This document shows positions 1 through 12,200 of a stretch of 64,000 nt of DNA, piece after piece. Source of the DNA: Raillietiella orientalis (taxonomy: Eukaryota); the NCBI GenBank assembly GCA_036172245.1, contig JAYWIR010000006.1, forward strand, positions 3,906,001-3,970,000, read 5' to 3'. The notes under the pieces are model-generated. The model searched no databases. It had not been told where the DNA came from and saw only the letters and a list, made by a program, of their open reading frames with translations. The translations under genes were made by a program, and so were the position numbers. How positions within the stretch are numbered: the stretch's first letter is position 1; the number at the start of each line of letters is the position of its first letter.

Positions 1-2249
1 CCGAGAGAATATCACCTTTCAAGTACCTCCCTGTTTGCGAGCTGAAATCACGTGTACAGTACATCGGCTTGGAAGGGTTCGTACATGACAGATAGAAAGA
101 ATTGTTCCATTTGAGTTGCGGTTCCGACTTGTTCAACACTTGCAGACTTTGCAGGGGAAGATGCTCAGGCAAGAAAGACGTTGCTGCCATCTTGGAGAAC
201 ACTCTAGAAGGGAGGCTCAGAAGATAATTATGACGAAACGAGCTGGAAAGCTTGCGTTATTATGGGTTAACGAGAATGGATGACGTCAGAGGCCGAAGTC
301 AGCACTTCGTAAATGACCGCGTTGTCTTTGGTACTTCCGCAGTGCTTCAACTTCCGGTGGGAACGAAAAGGTTGCCGGCCGCCGGTCTAATTGCTTCCGG
401 AATTCGCTTTTGATCGTTTGCTGTTCGAAAACGAGCAAAAGTAACTCGGATTTTTTTTTTTTATGGTTGCGAAAGAAAGAAACATCGAAGACTTCGGACG
501 CATTCCTTCCTTTCCAGGAGGCACGCCGACGGAACACCGCCCACACCAGGTGGAAACGAAAAACGGGAAGCGCGATCCCAGGTGGTTCCCGGAAGCATCG
601 AAGGATGGGGTTTTTATCGATCCGGGAAGACGCCGCCCTCAGGCGCACTCCGACGTGGAACGATGTGCGCACCTTTGGCTGCGCGTGCAGACGGAGACGT
701 CGTGCGAGGAGGTCGCGCTCGCTCTCTCCTCCTTTCCCATCCTTTTCGGGATGAAATCTGGCAGCCCTTTTCTACCGCCGAGCAATAGCAGCAGCCGCTT
801 CTTCCCGAGTCAACAGAACCAAAGTCGCCTTTCTCGAGAGTTGCAGAAGGGAGGGGATGCTTTCGGGAAATGAAGGCCGGGAACACGTTCCTTAAATCTC
901 CCTGATTCGTCTCTCCTTCAGTTTTGTGCAGAATCGTGGCAAATTAATTCTGATTCGGATAAGCAACACGTGGATAGAAAATGAAAAAAAAAAAAAAAAA
1001 AGGAGGAGGAGAAGAAACCTTCCATGAGCTTCTTTGCAAACTCAAGAGTAATTAAATCCGGAGGGACGGTGCAGTTATCTTCCATGAACATTTTGGAGTA
1101 AGTGCTTCTTTATCTTTTGAATGCAAGGGTCGCTCAGAGTGATATGAAATGCCACACAAAAGAAAGAAGAATGTCCTCCTTAATCTCCAGTATAAAGGAG
1201 GATGCTCGGGAGTCAGGGAAGAGAAGAAGGCGGCCGCGTGATTCGGGTCCGGTTTTCATTTCGTTAGTGAACAGGCGCAGGGCCCAATTCCAGCACGTTG
1301 CCCACAAACACGGAGGGAAGAGTACGGCCGTCCGAACGAGCCCCATCCCGCTTTGATCGACGGCGCGAAAGCGACGGAGAGAGAGAGAGAGGATGATAAT
1401 CAAGGAAGATGCATAATCAGAGAGGAACGGGGCAAGGAGCGGTCTTGGCAACTCCCCGAGCGCAACGGCAAGCCGCGTTGCATAAGCTGCGGAGGAGGAG
1501 CACCTAATTTCACGCTTAAATCGCCAGTTCCGTCTCCTAAATCACACTCCGCACCACGCACGCACGCACTCACACGCCTCGGAAGGCGGGAAGAAGGAAC
1601 AAGAGCAGGCCGACACTGCAGCGGCGGAAGGAGGCGAGGACCCGCGGGCCGAAAAGCGCCCCGGTGGGGTTTGCGCCGGACGCTCTGTGCCCCACGCGGG
1701 GTCGAGAGAACCGAGGTCCTCCAGCGTCTCTTTCCACGTCGTTCACCTACTAGCCGGACTCGGTTTCCGACAGAAAGTTTCGCTCCTCACGGAAACGCAT
1801 TCAGCTTCCCACAATCGGAAAAGAACGTACCCTAAAATGTTTTCCCAGTGCGGAACACATGAACCCACCCTGAGAGGGGGGGACTTTGTGGGCCCTTCTC
1901 CTACCAACGCCGGGTTTATCGACCGGATCCACCTCCTCTCGCAGTCAGCCTCCTCGCTGCTTTGTCGATCCCATCCACCTCTCTCTCCTAGGACAAATTT
2001 CCACTATTCTCTCCGATTGCGGGGCAAACCAAAGTAAAGTCTCGGCTGGGAAAGAACATCTTTGCCAGCGAGTGCTTGTGCGTGGCAGCGGCCATCGAGG
2101 AGTTGCTAACATCGGTGTTCTGTCCCAGTTCGAAGGATGGGTGCTCGGAAGATAGAAAGCTCAGGATCTCAAGTTCGAAACCGATGCTGTCTCCCTCCTT
2201 GGTCATCCCTAGAAGGCCCGTTCATGTGGAAGGGATCTCAGGCATCCCC

Positions 2250-2465
2250 AGGGCCGTGACGGTGCGGACAATGCCCCGTTTTCACCGCCACCTCACTCGA
2301 TTCGGCGGAAGGCTGCGACAGTCAGTTGAGTCCCCTGGAGCGCAAGGAGTCCCTCAAACTCCTCACGAGCAGAGTGGCCTTAGCTCGTCTTCCCTTTCCT
2401 GGAGACTCTTCTCTCAGCTAGCGGGCGCGGGGTCTCCGGGACCGAGAAGTTGCCCAAGAATCGTC
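2250..2465. repeat. Left arm of a perfect 216-bp inverted repeat (partner 3266-3481)
   Basis: AGGGCCGTGACGGTGCGG...CCCAAGAATCGTC is the reverse complement of 3266-3481, with no mismatch seen by eye. The ORF track shows the same peptide (TVRTMPRFHRH...CPRIV) on both strands. Confidence 0.95.
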
Positions 2466-2699
2466 GGATGAGCCATGAGTGCTGCGGACCTTCCATGCAC
2501 CCGGCACGCGCGTACCTCAACTGCTAAAGGCGCGCCCGTAGCGACTGTTCCGAGGAACCGTCTCGCTGGAGTGCACGAGCCTAAGGCGCCGGGCTTCTGT
2601 TCCTGGGATTGTCCTCCTGAGGACACGTAGGCCGGGGCTCTACACGGGCGCTGCTGCTTTACCCTGGACGAGGAGGAGAGCGCAGCTCCTTCTCGACTC

Positions 2700-4250
2700 T
2701 GGTTCCCGACCCTTTTGCTTGCCGAGTCCATGAAAAGGAACTGCTTCCGGAGCTCAACGCATCGACGCAGGCAGCCCTGGGGGGGACGGACTCTTCCGAG
2801 TCGAGGAGCGTGGGAAAGCGCTGCCGCAGGCGGTCCCCAGGTTCTCCCAGTAGGAGACAGGAAAGAGCCCGCGTGGCGGAGGGCAGCGGCCACGGAAGCA
2901 GAGGAAACGGACGGCTCCTCGGCAAGCAGGCAAGCAGGAGGGCAGCGCCGTCCTTCCTGCGGGAGAGCCGACGACGCTCCGCCGAATCTCCCCGGCGAGC
3001 GCTTGGATCGAAGCCAGGCGACGCGAGGCGGAGTCGCCGCCTTGCGGGCGGACCACGCGGACTGGAGGCGCGGGGGAGCGAGACGGGTCCCCGGCTGTTG
3101 TTGCCGCCAGGAAACCACCGTGGGAAGCACTTCTCGACCAAACGCTTCGTCCTCCCCTACTCTCCCAGGAGACGTGTCTGCCGGAAGAGAAGCGCGCGCG
3201 CTCTCACCCGGGCAGAGCCCCAGCAGCCCAGAAGGGTGAACGAGGAGGTAGTCTTTCAGTCGGAGGACGATTCTTGGGCAACTTCTCGGTCCCGGAGACC
3301 CCGCGCCCGCTAGCTGAGAGAAGAGTCTCCAGGAAAGGGAAGACGAGCTAAGGCCACTCTGCTCGTGAGGAGTTTGAGGGACTCCTTGCGCTCCAGGGGA
3401 CTCAACTGACTGTCGCAGCCTTCCGCCGAATCGAGTGAGGTGGCGGTGAAAACGGGGCATTGTCCGCACCGTCACGGCCCTCCTGGAGTCGCACCCCCCT
3501 CTGGGGAATAGCGCCGGACCACAGGAGGCAGCGTCTTCTTTTTTTTTGTATGTCCCGCGACTCCTTGCAACTCCTTCCCAGCTGCGAGCCGCTTGCCCGG
3601 AAATGAGTAGCTTTCCTCCTCGCCCCTCTGTGAAAAGCCTGGGAAAACATCTCAGCTTGGAGGCCTCCTGGACGGGGTTCCGCAGAGTCCCTGGGTAAGA
3701 GGATGCGCCAAGAAACCCGGTCGAGCGATTTTCCTGATGGCCTGCTTCCGCCCTCGATGACTTACAGAGGTTGGTGTTGGGGTCTCAATCGACTTTTCGG
3801 CTGCGACCACGGGCCTCGAATGACGCGAGCGTCGACGGAAGGCCTGGTGGAATCGTTCCTGGACTGCTTCGCAATCTGCCACCTGCAAGCCCAACGTTTG
3901 AACCGGTGAATGCTCTCTGGTAGGCGGATCACGATAAACCGCGTCGCGGCAGCGCACCGTGCTGCCGCCTGTTTGGGGAGGCAGACGGAGCAAAGGTGGG
4001 GACGAGACACCTCGAGTCCTGTCTTTAGTCGCGCCGATAGGGCAGCCAACACTGACCCGTATGACCCAGGGCGCTCACAGAGGGAGACCTGGGAGCAACA
4101 ACTGCCTGCGGAGGAAAGCAGGGATCGTCTGGTCTTGCTTCTCCACCTCCACCCTGCCCTGCGGGACCTCGACCAGCCGACTGATCCTGGCCTGCAGCCT
4201 ATGGGCCGGCATTGTGGGACAGGAGAACCTGGGACTTTTTCCTGACTGGA
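2700..4250 (+). mobile_element. Heavily decayed L1/Tx1-like non-LTR retrotransposon ORF2 remnant
   Basis: Frame-shifted fragments occur in the expected order: LLPELN...VEERGKALPQ (pre-RT), VKTGHCP (cf. GVRQGCP), QRLNR*MLSGRRITINRV (cf. W..R.LSL.GR..VIN) and VWGGRRSK (cf. FLWxGK). Recognised by eye only; boundaries approximate. Confidence 0.4.
3266..3481. repeat. Right arm of the 216-bp inverted repeat (partner 2250-2465, 800-nt spacer)
   Basis: GACGATTCTTGGGCAAC...CCGTCACGGCCCT is the reverse complement of 2250-2465. Confidence 0.95.
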
Positions 4251-5470
4251 TTTCGTCGTCAACGTCAGCGGTGGCATGGTCTGGAAAGGGTTAAAAAGAA
4301 ATAGAGGAAGAAGGGGAAGGAACGTGGAGCAGTATGGGCTCATGGAAAGGCGTGATGCGGGTGGATACGAGGTAGGCGAGAAGGAGGAACAGGTGAGAGA
4401 GCGTTGCCGCAGGGGCGCGATGGAAATCGCACAGCCCGACCGAATTGCTGACCGCGTTCTCCCGCGACTTGGCAGTCGGAACGTCCGCATCGAAAGAGAC
4501 CGCCGCGGGCCAGAAGGGCAGGCCGCAACCCCCTGCGCTGTCCCGCCTTTCCCTGGAAGCACGTCGCATTGCTGACGCAAGGCTGCAGCGCCCCCCTTTC
4601 CCCCCCTTTCCCCCTCTACGTCGCCTGGGAAGACCAGAGATTCCTCCTCCTCCTGCAAAGAAAGTCGCCTCCTCGCTGTCTACTGTTGCCTCTGCCTTTG
4701 GATGGGGCTCGGAGCGGCCCTCGCGGGGCCCACATGCCTTGCAGCCACCACTGAGGCCTCGTGGAATCCGGGGTGGCTAGGGGCGGAAACTCTTGCTGGG
4801 AGCTTTTCGCTTACACTTTGGGTGGAGGGGAAACGCCGATCGCTCGCGCTCAAACACGACCCGAGAGGTGAATGCGCTTGACGGTCAGAGGTCAAAGAAG
4901 AAGGGCCGAACCGACGTGCGATGCCCTTCTCTGCGGCGGTCAGATGCTCGCTCCTCTGCTTTTGCCTCTCTCTCTAGAGCGAAGAGGAGACGAAGAGGAA
5001 GCGACGAGGGCAATCCATCTCTCTTTTCCTACTGCTCGTCTCCCCCGCTGACGTCCCCCTTCCTTTTCCACCCTCTCCCTATCAACGCCACTTTCTCCTC
5101 CCCCTTACCTTCCGAGACGCGTCCCAGCTGCGGAACGGTGGCAGTCCCGGCTGCCGTCCGCTGCAATCCGGGAAGACGCTCGGCAGGTCCCCACCTACAC
5201 GAGGGGATGTCGGCTCCCGGCAGGCTGTGCCGGGAACGCGGCTGTCCAATGGCGAGAAGACGCTGATCCCGAAGACGCGAGATCGCCGACCAATAGGAAG
5301 GAAGCGCGCTCTCTCCGGCGGTCCGGGATAAGCGAGCGGCACTCCTTCTTCTCGGGGAGAGACTGCGCCCCGGCGCAGTCCTCCGGTTATCGCGTTCTCG
5401 GAGTGTCGTGCGCTTCCCTCCTGGAGGAACATTCGGAAGCGGGGGACGCGCGCGCGCGACGCCGACGCCA

Positions 5471-5500
<30 letters not shown>
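5471..5500. repeat. (ACG)10 microsatellite
   Basis: Direct reading. Confidence 0.9.
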
Positions 5501-5501
<1 letters not shown>

Positions 5502-8379
5502 CCTTGGTGGTGGTGGGAGCGGCGCAGGCGCGGAAGGGTGAGTTTCCGTCCCTGGCGCGGCTGTCGGCGCCGGCGCCGCTGCACCCTCGCGAGGAAGGAC
5601 GGGGGGCCAAGGGTGGCGGGAGCAGAGAGCTCCTTAGGAATCACGTTTCCAGAGAGGCTATCCTGGGAGAGGCGGCCAGATGAAGTGGGGTGGGGTCCGA
5701 CCGTCTCCCTCGGAGGCGCAGCTTTGGGAGGGAAGGGTGCTCGCGTCCGGGTCCTGCGCCAACACGAGGCTTGTTGGGGGGCAGGGTCCGTCCGTCTCGT
5801 TCGATTGAGCTCATGGGGAGGAGCCGTTCCGTTCCCTCCCGAGCTCATGTGCCCGGGGTCAGCTCGGCGTAGAGGGACGCGCGGGGTTCACGGCACTTCG
5901 TGAGGAAGAGAGGGACGCGGCGGTCCGTCCCATTTCCGCAACAACGGTCGCGTCCGGTGAGTCCAGCGAAAGGAGCCCGGCGGCGAACGCTGCGGTGCGC
6001 TTGCAGCACGGGAAGCCAGGAATGCGCCAACGGAAAGCGAAATCGAAACAAAGGGAAACCTAAAAACAGGGAAAAGGAGATCCTCCTTCCTCTCTCTTTT
6101 TTTTTTTTTTTGACAAAATAAAGGAATAGAAAAAAAGAGCGGCGGAAGAACAGGATTTCTGCAGTTGGGTGCTTTCTCTGGAATCAGCGCGCATCCTGGA
6201 TAGGGGGAGAAGTCAGCGTTGGGGGCCTCCCCTCCCTCAGTACCGAAACACGCTGCTGCTGTGTGCTCCGTTCCCTCCGCCAGCCATTTACCAACACGCC
6301 CGTGGCCATCCCCTTTACGAGGCGTCCTTGGAGCCCGAGGAAGGATGCACCTCAGAAAATGGGAGAGCTCCTTGGAGCCCTACGGCGTTATGGCATCCTC
6401 GGCTGCCTTCCTCGTGGGGAATTCCTGAGTCAGGGACCACCTTCACGCGATTCACGCAGGACTCGGGTGCGACGGAGCGCGGGAGATGGTGGAAACGTAG
6501 GCGACGCCATGGGAACGCTCACCCGCGCGCTCCGTTGTTGGGGTGGTCGGTCAGACTGTTTGCATCCGCTGCTCTCGTGTGCGGCGCGTCCGCACGGAAA
6601 TGCAAGGTTACCAACTCTTTCTAGTGAGTTGAAAATCCAACTTTCCCGGAATCAAAGCGATCACAGTGAGTGCGTACGATTAGATATGTGCGACGACTTC
6701 AGGTAGACGCAAGAACCAGGTTTTTAAAAATCCAACTGGAACTAAACGCTCGAATGTCTTAGAATTTCCTTTCTTTACTGTATTTGTGTCTGCGTGTGTA
6801 TATTGAATTACACATCGAGTCTCAGATATATATATATATATATATAAACAAAAAAAAACTAGTAGATAATCTTAGTTCTTGCAATTGCTGCTGTTTCAAA
6901 GAACCTAAGGAAGAACTTTCGTCAATAATCATGATCTGACGCCCCAAACAGGAGATACGACTTTCCGATAGCCGATATCATCGCAAGTTTATATTGGATT
7001 AATGAATTCCAAGTCACAAACTTCTCTTTGATTAAAGTGGTATGCACATCTTCATGGGGACAAAAGAGGAAAGAAAGGAGGAGGGGAAAACACACACACG
7101 AAAAAAAAAAAAAGACGTGCTTAGTTTATTCGATCCGTTCAGATCCCTCGCTCTTGATGCTTGCTTCACTAGGCATTTGCAGTCAATCATAGCCCTGAGA
7201 TTAATTCAGTACCATTTCCACTGCCGACTCAACGACTCCAGGAAGCGGTTTCTGTTGGCGATCCGTTTTCCTCCCGTAGCCTCTCCGGTTTTTAATTCGA
7301 GCAAATCGGGTTTTCGATATTCAAAGCCCGCTGGGAGTCCCCGTGAAATCCATGTCGAGTAATTTAGGCGAGGAGGGCGTCAGCCACTTGCAGTTCGCAG
7401 GTCGTATCATCATCGCCCCAGTCTCTGTCGCTGCAGCGCCTGGACCCGTGACGCCTGTGCTCTCTGTCCATTTCCTGCTTCCCGTGCTCGACCTCGTAAT
7501 GACTGCTTCCCCTGCGTGCCACCGCTGGTTAAAAGAGCATCGCGGGGGGTGATAAGTGAACATTTTATTTTTTTTTTTTTTTAGGAGTCTCCTCAAGCTG
7601 GGAACTTCAAATTCCTTCGTCCGATTTTGGTTTTCCTTTTCTTCTCTTTTTTTTTTTTTTCGTGTTTTTAAGTGTGTGTGCGCGTGTGTTTTGTGGAGAA
7701 ATTCTGCATGATTTGCTAGATTGATTTTAGATCCGTGATGGAGGAATTGACGTGTTAAGTCCTTTGTGGTGTTGCGCGGCATGGCGTCTGCCTTCTTCGT
7801 CCGCTTCGCAGATCCATCCCTAAGGCTTATTAATCTCAGATCGCTGTTCATCCTAGAGCCTCTCTTGACCGACGTTTAACTGGAGGGACAGCGAATGGCC
7901 TGACACTCCTGTCGCCATCATTGGACATCGTCTTAAGCACCAAGTGGACTTTTCTGGAATTACCGCCGCAGCCCTCATGGCCTGGGCATTCAGGAAGTCG
8001 GCGTGCGGATTAAGGAGAGGCGCCCGTCCGGCCGTTCCGAATTCGTGCCGAAGAGTGTCCGGAGACTGAAACTGCCGTAGTCCGCTTCGCGATGGTGGCG
8101 AAGGTGGTCAAATCTCTTGCGCCCTTGGAGACCTCCCGGGCTCTCTTCGGTGTCCACACAACCACTCTTCTGCCCAAGCTCGTCCATGCCGTGGTCGGCA
8201 CGCTGGTTCGTCCGCGGAGCGGGAGCGCACGTCCCGTTTCGCATTTTCTCTCAGGAGCACGAGATCGGAGACTCCCGAACGTGAGGGAGCGAAGGGGGGA
8301 ACGAGAAGAGGAAGCGGAAACGGAGCGTGGTCGGCGCGCGCAGTTGGTGGGGAGTTTCCCGTGGCTGCTCTTCCTGTCG

Positions 8380-9280
8380 CTGCAGAACCCGGAGGCGGCG
8401 GCACTCTGCGATTGGGATGCCCTCTGGAGGTCACCTTGCCGCGCGGAAGAGCGCGGCAAGGTGACCTGGAGAGCACGCCCACCCGGAGGCGCGCCGTTCC
8501 TCCTCGAACTTGGGCACCCCACCGTGCGGCCCGCTCTTCGCGGCGGTGAGTCGCATCGTCCGCCGCAGGCTGCCAGTCAAGACAGCTGCTGCTGCTGGGC
8601 ATTCGGCGCCACTTACAGTTGCAGCGCGCGAGGTGATGGCAAAGGTGCTTGGCGAGACGCGGGGATAGCTGGGCAGGATACTCGAAAACGGGCCGTGGTC
8701 AGGAAGCAGATGTTGCCAAGCGAGGCGACGGAGGGGGGGGTCACTCGGCATGAGGAGGGGGTGGCGCTTGGGACGGTAGCCGGACCCTCCGCTCTTCTGA
8801 CTTCCGCGCTGACTCGGCTCTATCTCGCCCCAGAGGGTGCGTGGGAATGCCCAGCAGGCAGCACGGAACGGCTGGCGCCATTTCACCTCCCCATCTCCAA
8901 CGATCCCTGGTGGCGGACAGCTCCTCCCTCACTGTCCTCCCCTTCAGAGCTCCTGCGTCCCGCATCTTCCGCGACTTGAAGAAAGCCGGCGGCGGGCTCT
9001 AACGTCACGGCGCGTCTTGCCAGCGCAGGCGGGGCGAAGACGGTCAAGGTGGGCGTGCCCTCCCCTTTCTCCCCCTGTTCCAGTCCCCGGCAGTGGGGAG
9101 AGGGGGAGAGCGGGCGCTTTGGAAGAACCCGGAGTTCGCTCCGCGCGGTGGACTCCGCGGGGGAGTCGCGACCTCGGGGCGGTGGAGGATCTGACCCGAA
9201 GGGAACGCACCTGCCAAGTCGACCTGCCTTGGTGCGCGACGGGTTGGTCGCGACAGCCTGCTGCGTCCAGCCGGAGTGCG
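8380..9280 (+). mobile_element. Possible decayed L1/Tx1-like ORF2 3' fragment
   Basis: VVRKQMLPSEATEGG resembles the V..L.LP...GGL motif, and HLPSRPALVRDGLVATACC resembles the start of zf-RVT. Weak and frame-shifted. Confidence 0.25.
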
Positions 9281-12200
9281 AGAGGGGAGGGAGGAGAGGA
9301 GGAGGTAGGTGATGGTGGGGGAAAGGGGGCGAAGCTTTCGTGGACCGCCGCAGCTGGATGGAACGGGAAGAAGGAGCGAAGGAGCTCCCAGCGTGAGGTC
9401 GCCCGCTGGCCAAGGGTGTGTGACCGCTCGATCCAGCGCAGCACCCAGGGGCGACGCAGGGTCCTCCGGGGCATCCGTCCCGCCTCCCCCGCGCCCAGCT
9501 CCCTGCCCTGCCCTTTCGATCTCTCTCTCCAGGCTGGCGACGGGCCACGTGGCTTCCCCCCCGCCCTTGACGTCAGCCAGCTCACTCGCACGTGCGGCTT
9601 CGCGCCCCGCCGCGCACGCGCGCGATGACGACGACGACGATGATCCAGGAGCTGCTGCAACCCGCGTGCCGTCGGCTGAAGAGCGGGGTGCTGGTGCTCT
9701 TCCGGAGGTAAGACTATCCCGCCCCCCTCTACCCTTCCTCCCACCCTCCGGGGACGCGTGGGTAGCTTGGGGAATACTGACCGGCCAACCCCGGAGCCGC
9801 ACAGAGCCTGCCTGCTGGCACCTGCGGAGACGCCCCGGCGTGCTCCTCCCTCCTCGGCATTCCGGGGCGGACCAGCCGCTGCGGCTCCCTTCCCGGTCCT
9901 GTCGGAGGAAGCGGCGGCGTTCCCCCTTCGAGACCACGCAGCGAGATGGGGGGAAAGGGGGAGAGACCCCCCAGAAGCGCACGCGGGTGCGATCTCTTCC
10001 CGACAGGAGGGCGGACGGACGTCGACGGAAGGGGAGTCTCCGGAGATTCGAAGGGCGGGGGGGGAAAGGGGGAGGAAGAGAACTTTTTCCCCTTTCCCTC
10101 TTCCTGTTTTCAGAGTTCCCCGGGACTTCCCGGAAGTCCCGAAACGATTCCGGCTGCTCGGGCGAGTGCGCGCGCGCTCCCTTTCGCTCCGTCCTCCCCG
10201 CCCCGCAGCAGGAGCAGCGGCAGCGGAAAGCGCACGCGCCCCTACTCCCCCTCCCCCTTCGGGAGGGTCCTCACGCCGAGCCTCCTGAGGAGTGGCGATG
10301 GCGGCGGCGCACCAGTTGGACTGGGACGGGATCTCCCCCTTCCCCCCGCCACCCCTGCTCTCGGTCCCGCTTCCCCAAGAGGGACGCGCGCGCCCAGCCC
10401 GTTCGTCACAGAGGGCGCGCACACAGCCTCCCGGGAGCTCGCCACGCGCCAGTGGATCCCCTGAGGCCTTCGTCGCGGGACCTCTCCGGGCGCTGACCGC
10501 CTTGCTCCCGAGGCGACCGGCAGGAACGCGCGCGTCTCGGACCGCAAGTCGCCCCAGGAAATGCAGGAAAGGGGGCGTCGTGGAAATCGGCGAGCGCCTC
10601 CCTCCCCTCACTCACTCCCGCTACCCCGTGAGAGGAACGGGAAGCGCTTCTCCTCCTCCCCTCTTCCTTCTCTGCAGGCTTCCCGTCTCTCTCACGACGT
10701 CCGGCAACCGGGGAAACCGATCCTTCCGACTGCTACGCTCGGTAGCAAGACGCCTGGTCTCACAGGTGCCGCTCTTGACGGCCACTGAGCTCCGCTTCGT
10801 TCGAGGGGGGGAGGAGGAGGGGAAAAGGGAAGAGGTTGACGCCCGGGACGCCTGTTGATGCCCGTCAGTTCCGACCTCTGGATTGTGGCGTGGGGTGCCC
10901 CACGCCTCCCTCTTCCCCCTGAGGGGGTCATCCGCGCGGCCGCCCTTCACGCCGGCAGAGGCCTCCCCGCCCGACCTGACATCGCACCCGGCGGACGGGC
11001 GCTCCGGGATCATCTGCGCGCCCTCTCCCGCAACCCGACTTGCGGTCCTCCCGCCTCCCCAGGGACGGCTGCTGTGGTGACTACGCCCTCTGCGAGGTCC
11101 TCGTTCGCTCTTCCTTCTGGCTCTGCAACGAACGGAGGGGGCGTGCACGTCCTCTCTGAGAAGCGGCGGCGGTGTCAGGGGGGGGAGAGCGAATGGGCGG
11201 ACGGTGACCCCGCGGACGATCCTCCGGCACCAGAGGGGTTTGATGACCCAAAGGGAGGCGGCGGCAGGGAGGAGGGTCTCCCTTCCCTGTTTACCCCTTC
11301 CCTGCACTTTGGGCTGTCCCAACCACCATTCCCTCCCGCACCTCGAGAGATGGCGCGGAGGCGGAAGAGAGCGCGCTCGCGGAAGGAGGGGAAAGGATTT
11401 CGGAAGGTTCCCTGCGACACTCGGCTGGCATCTTTCATCGCAATCGATTGTGGTCCTCGGAGGAAACTTCCCGTAATCTCTTCCCAGCTTCCACCCTCCT
11501 CCTCGTCTTGTCTTTCCGCTCCGACGACCGCGCGCGCGGGCGGGTTTCGCTTCCTTCCCAGCTGCACCGCCGTCGCCGTCGCCGGGGCAGCGGTGGCGGC
11601 GAGCGGGCGGGCGGACGCACGGAAAGACAAGACGAGGGAGGGAAGGAAGGGGGGGGGACCCCGAAAAAAAAAAAAAAAACATTTTCATGTTCTCGCGGGG
11701 GGAGAGGGGATTAAATGAGACGCGGCGACGATAAGAAATATGGGGACGCGCGGGAGCGGGGCAGGGCGGGGAAGAGGGGGAAAGGAAACGCGTCCCCGTG
11801 CAGGGGGAGGGGGAAAGGAGGCAACCATTCAGGAAGAGGGGAATCGGAAGAAGAGTCTGGATCGCCTCTACTGCCGCCACGCGCGTGGACCGGAGAGAAA
11901 GAGGAGGGAGCAGCCCCAGTCCTTCACGCTCGCACGCGCGCGCGCGGCCGCCAGGCGGCGGCGACTCCGAAACGGCCCACCCGCGTGCGGGCAAAGGAGA
12001 GGAGGTCGCCTCCGTCACGGCACGCGCAGGGTTGCACCCGTCGGAAACAACCACGTCTTGCTCCTGCTGGGTGTCCCTCCCCGTGCCCTTCCTTCCCGTT
12101 TCACTCACTCCCTTGCCTCTCTGTATTTCCTCCCATCCCCGCTATCCGACACGTCCTCCACTTACCGCGACACCGACAGTTGTCTTTTTGCGAACGTTCG

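Noticed and set aside
6300..6450. ELLGALRRYGILGCL as an RT fragment (similarly SLLEDKTY near 33200)
   Set aside because: Single short motif resemblances are too weak to call.
8944..12108. Long ORFs (555, 495 and 395 aa) on both strands
   Set aside because: Low-complexity R/G/P/A/S translations typical of GC-rich non-coding DNA. They overlap in several frames, cross homopolymer runs and contain no domain.
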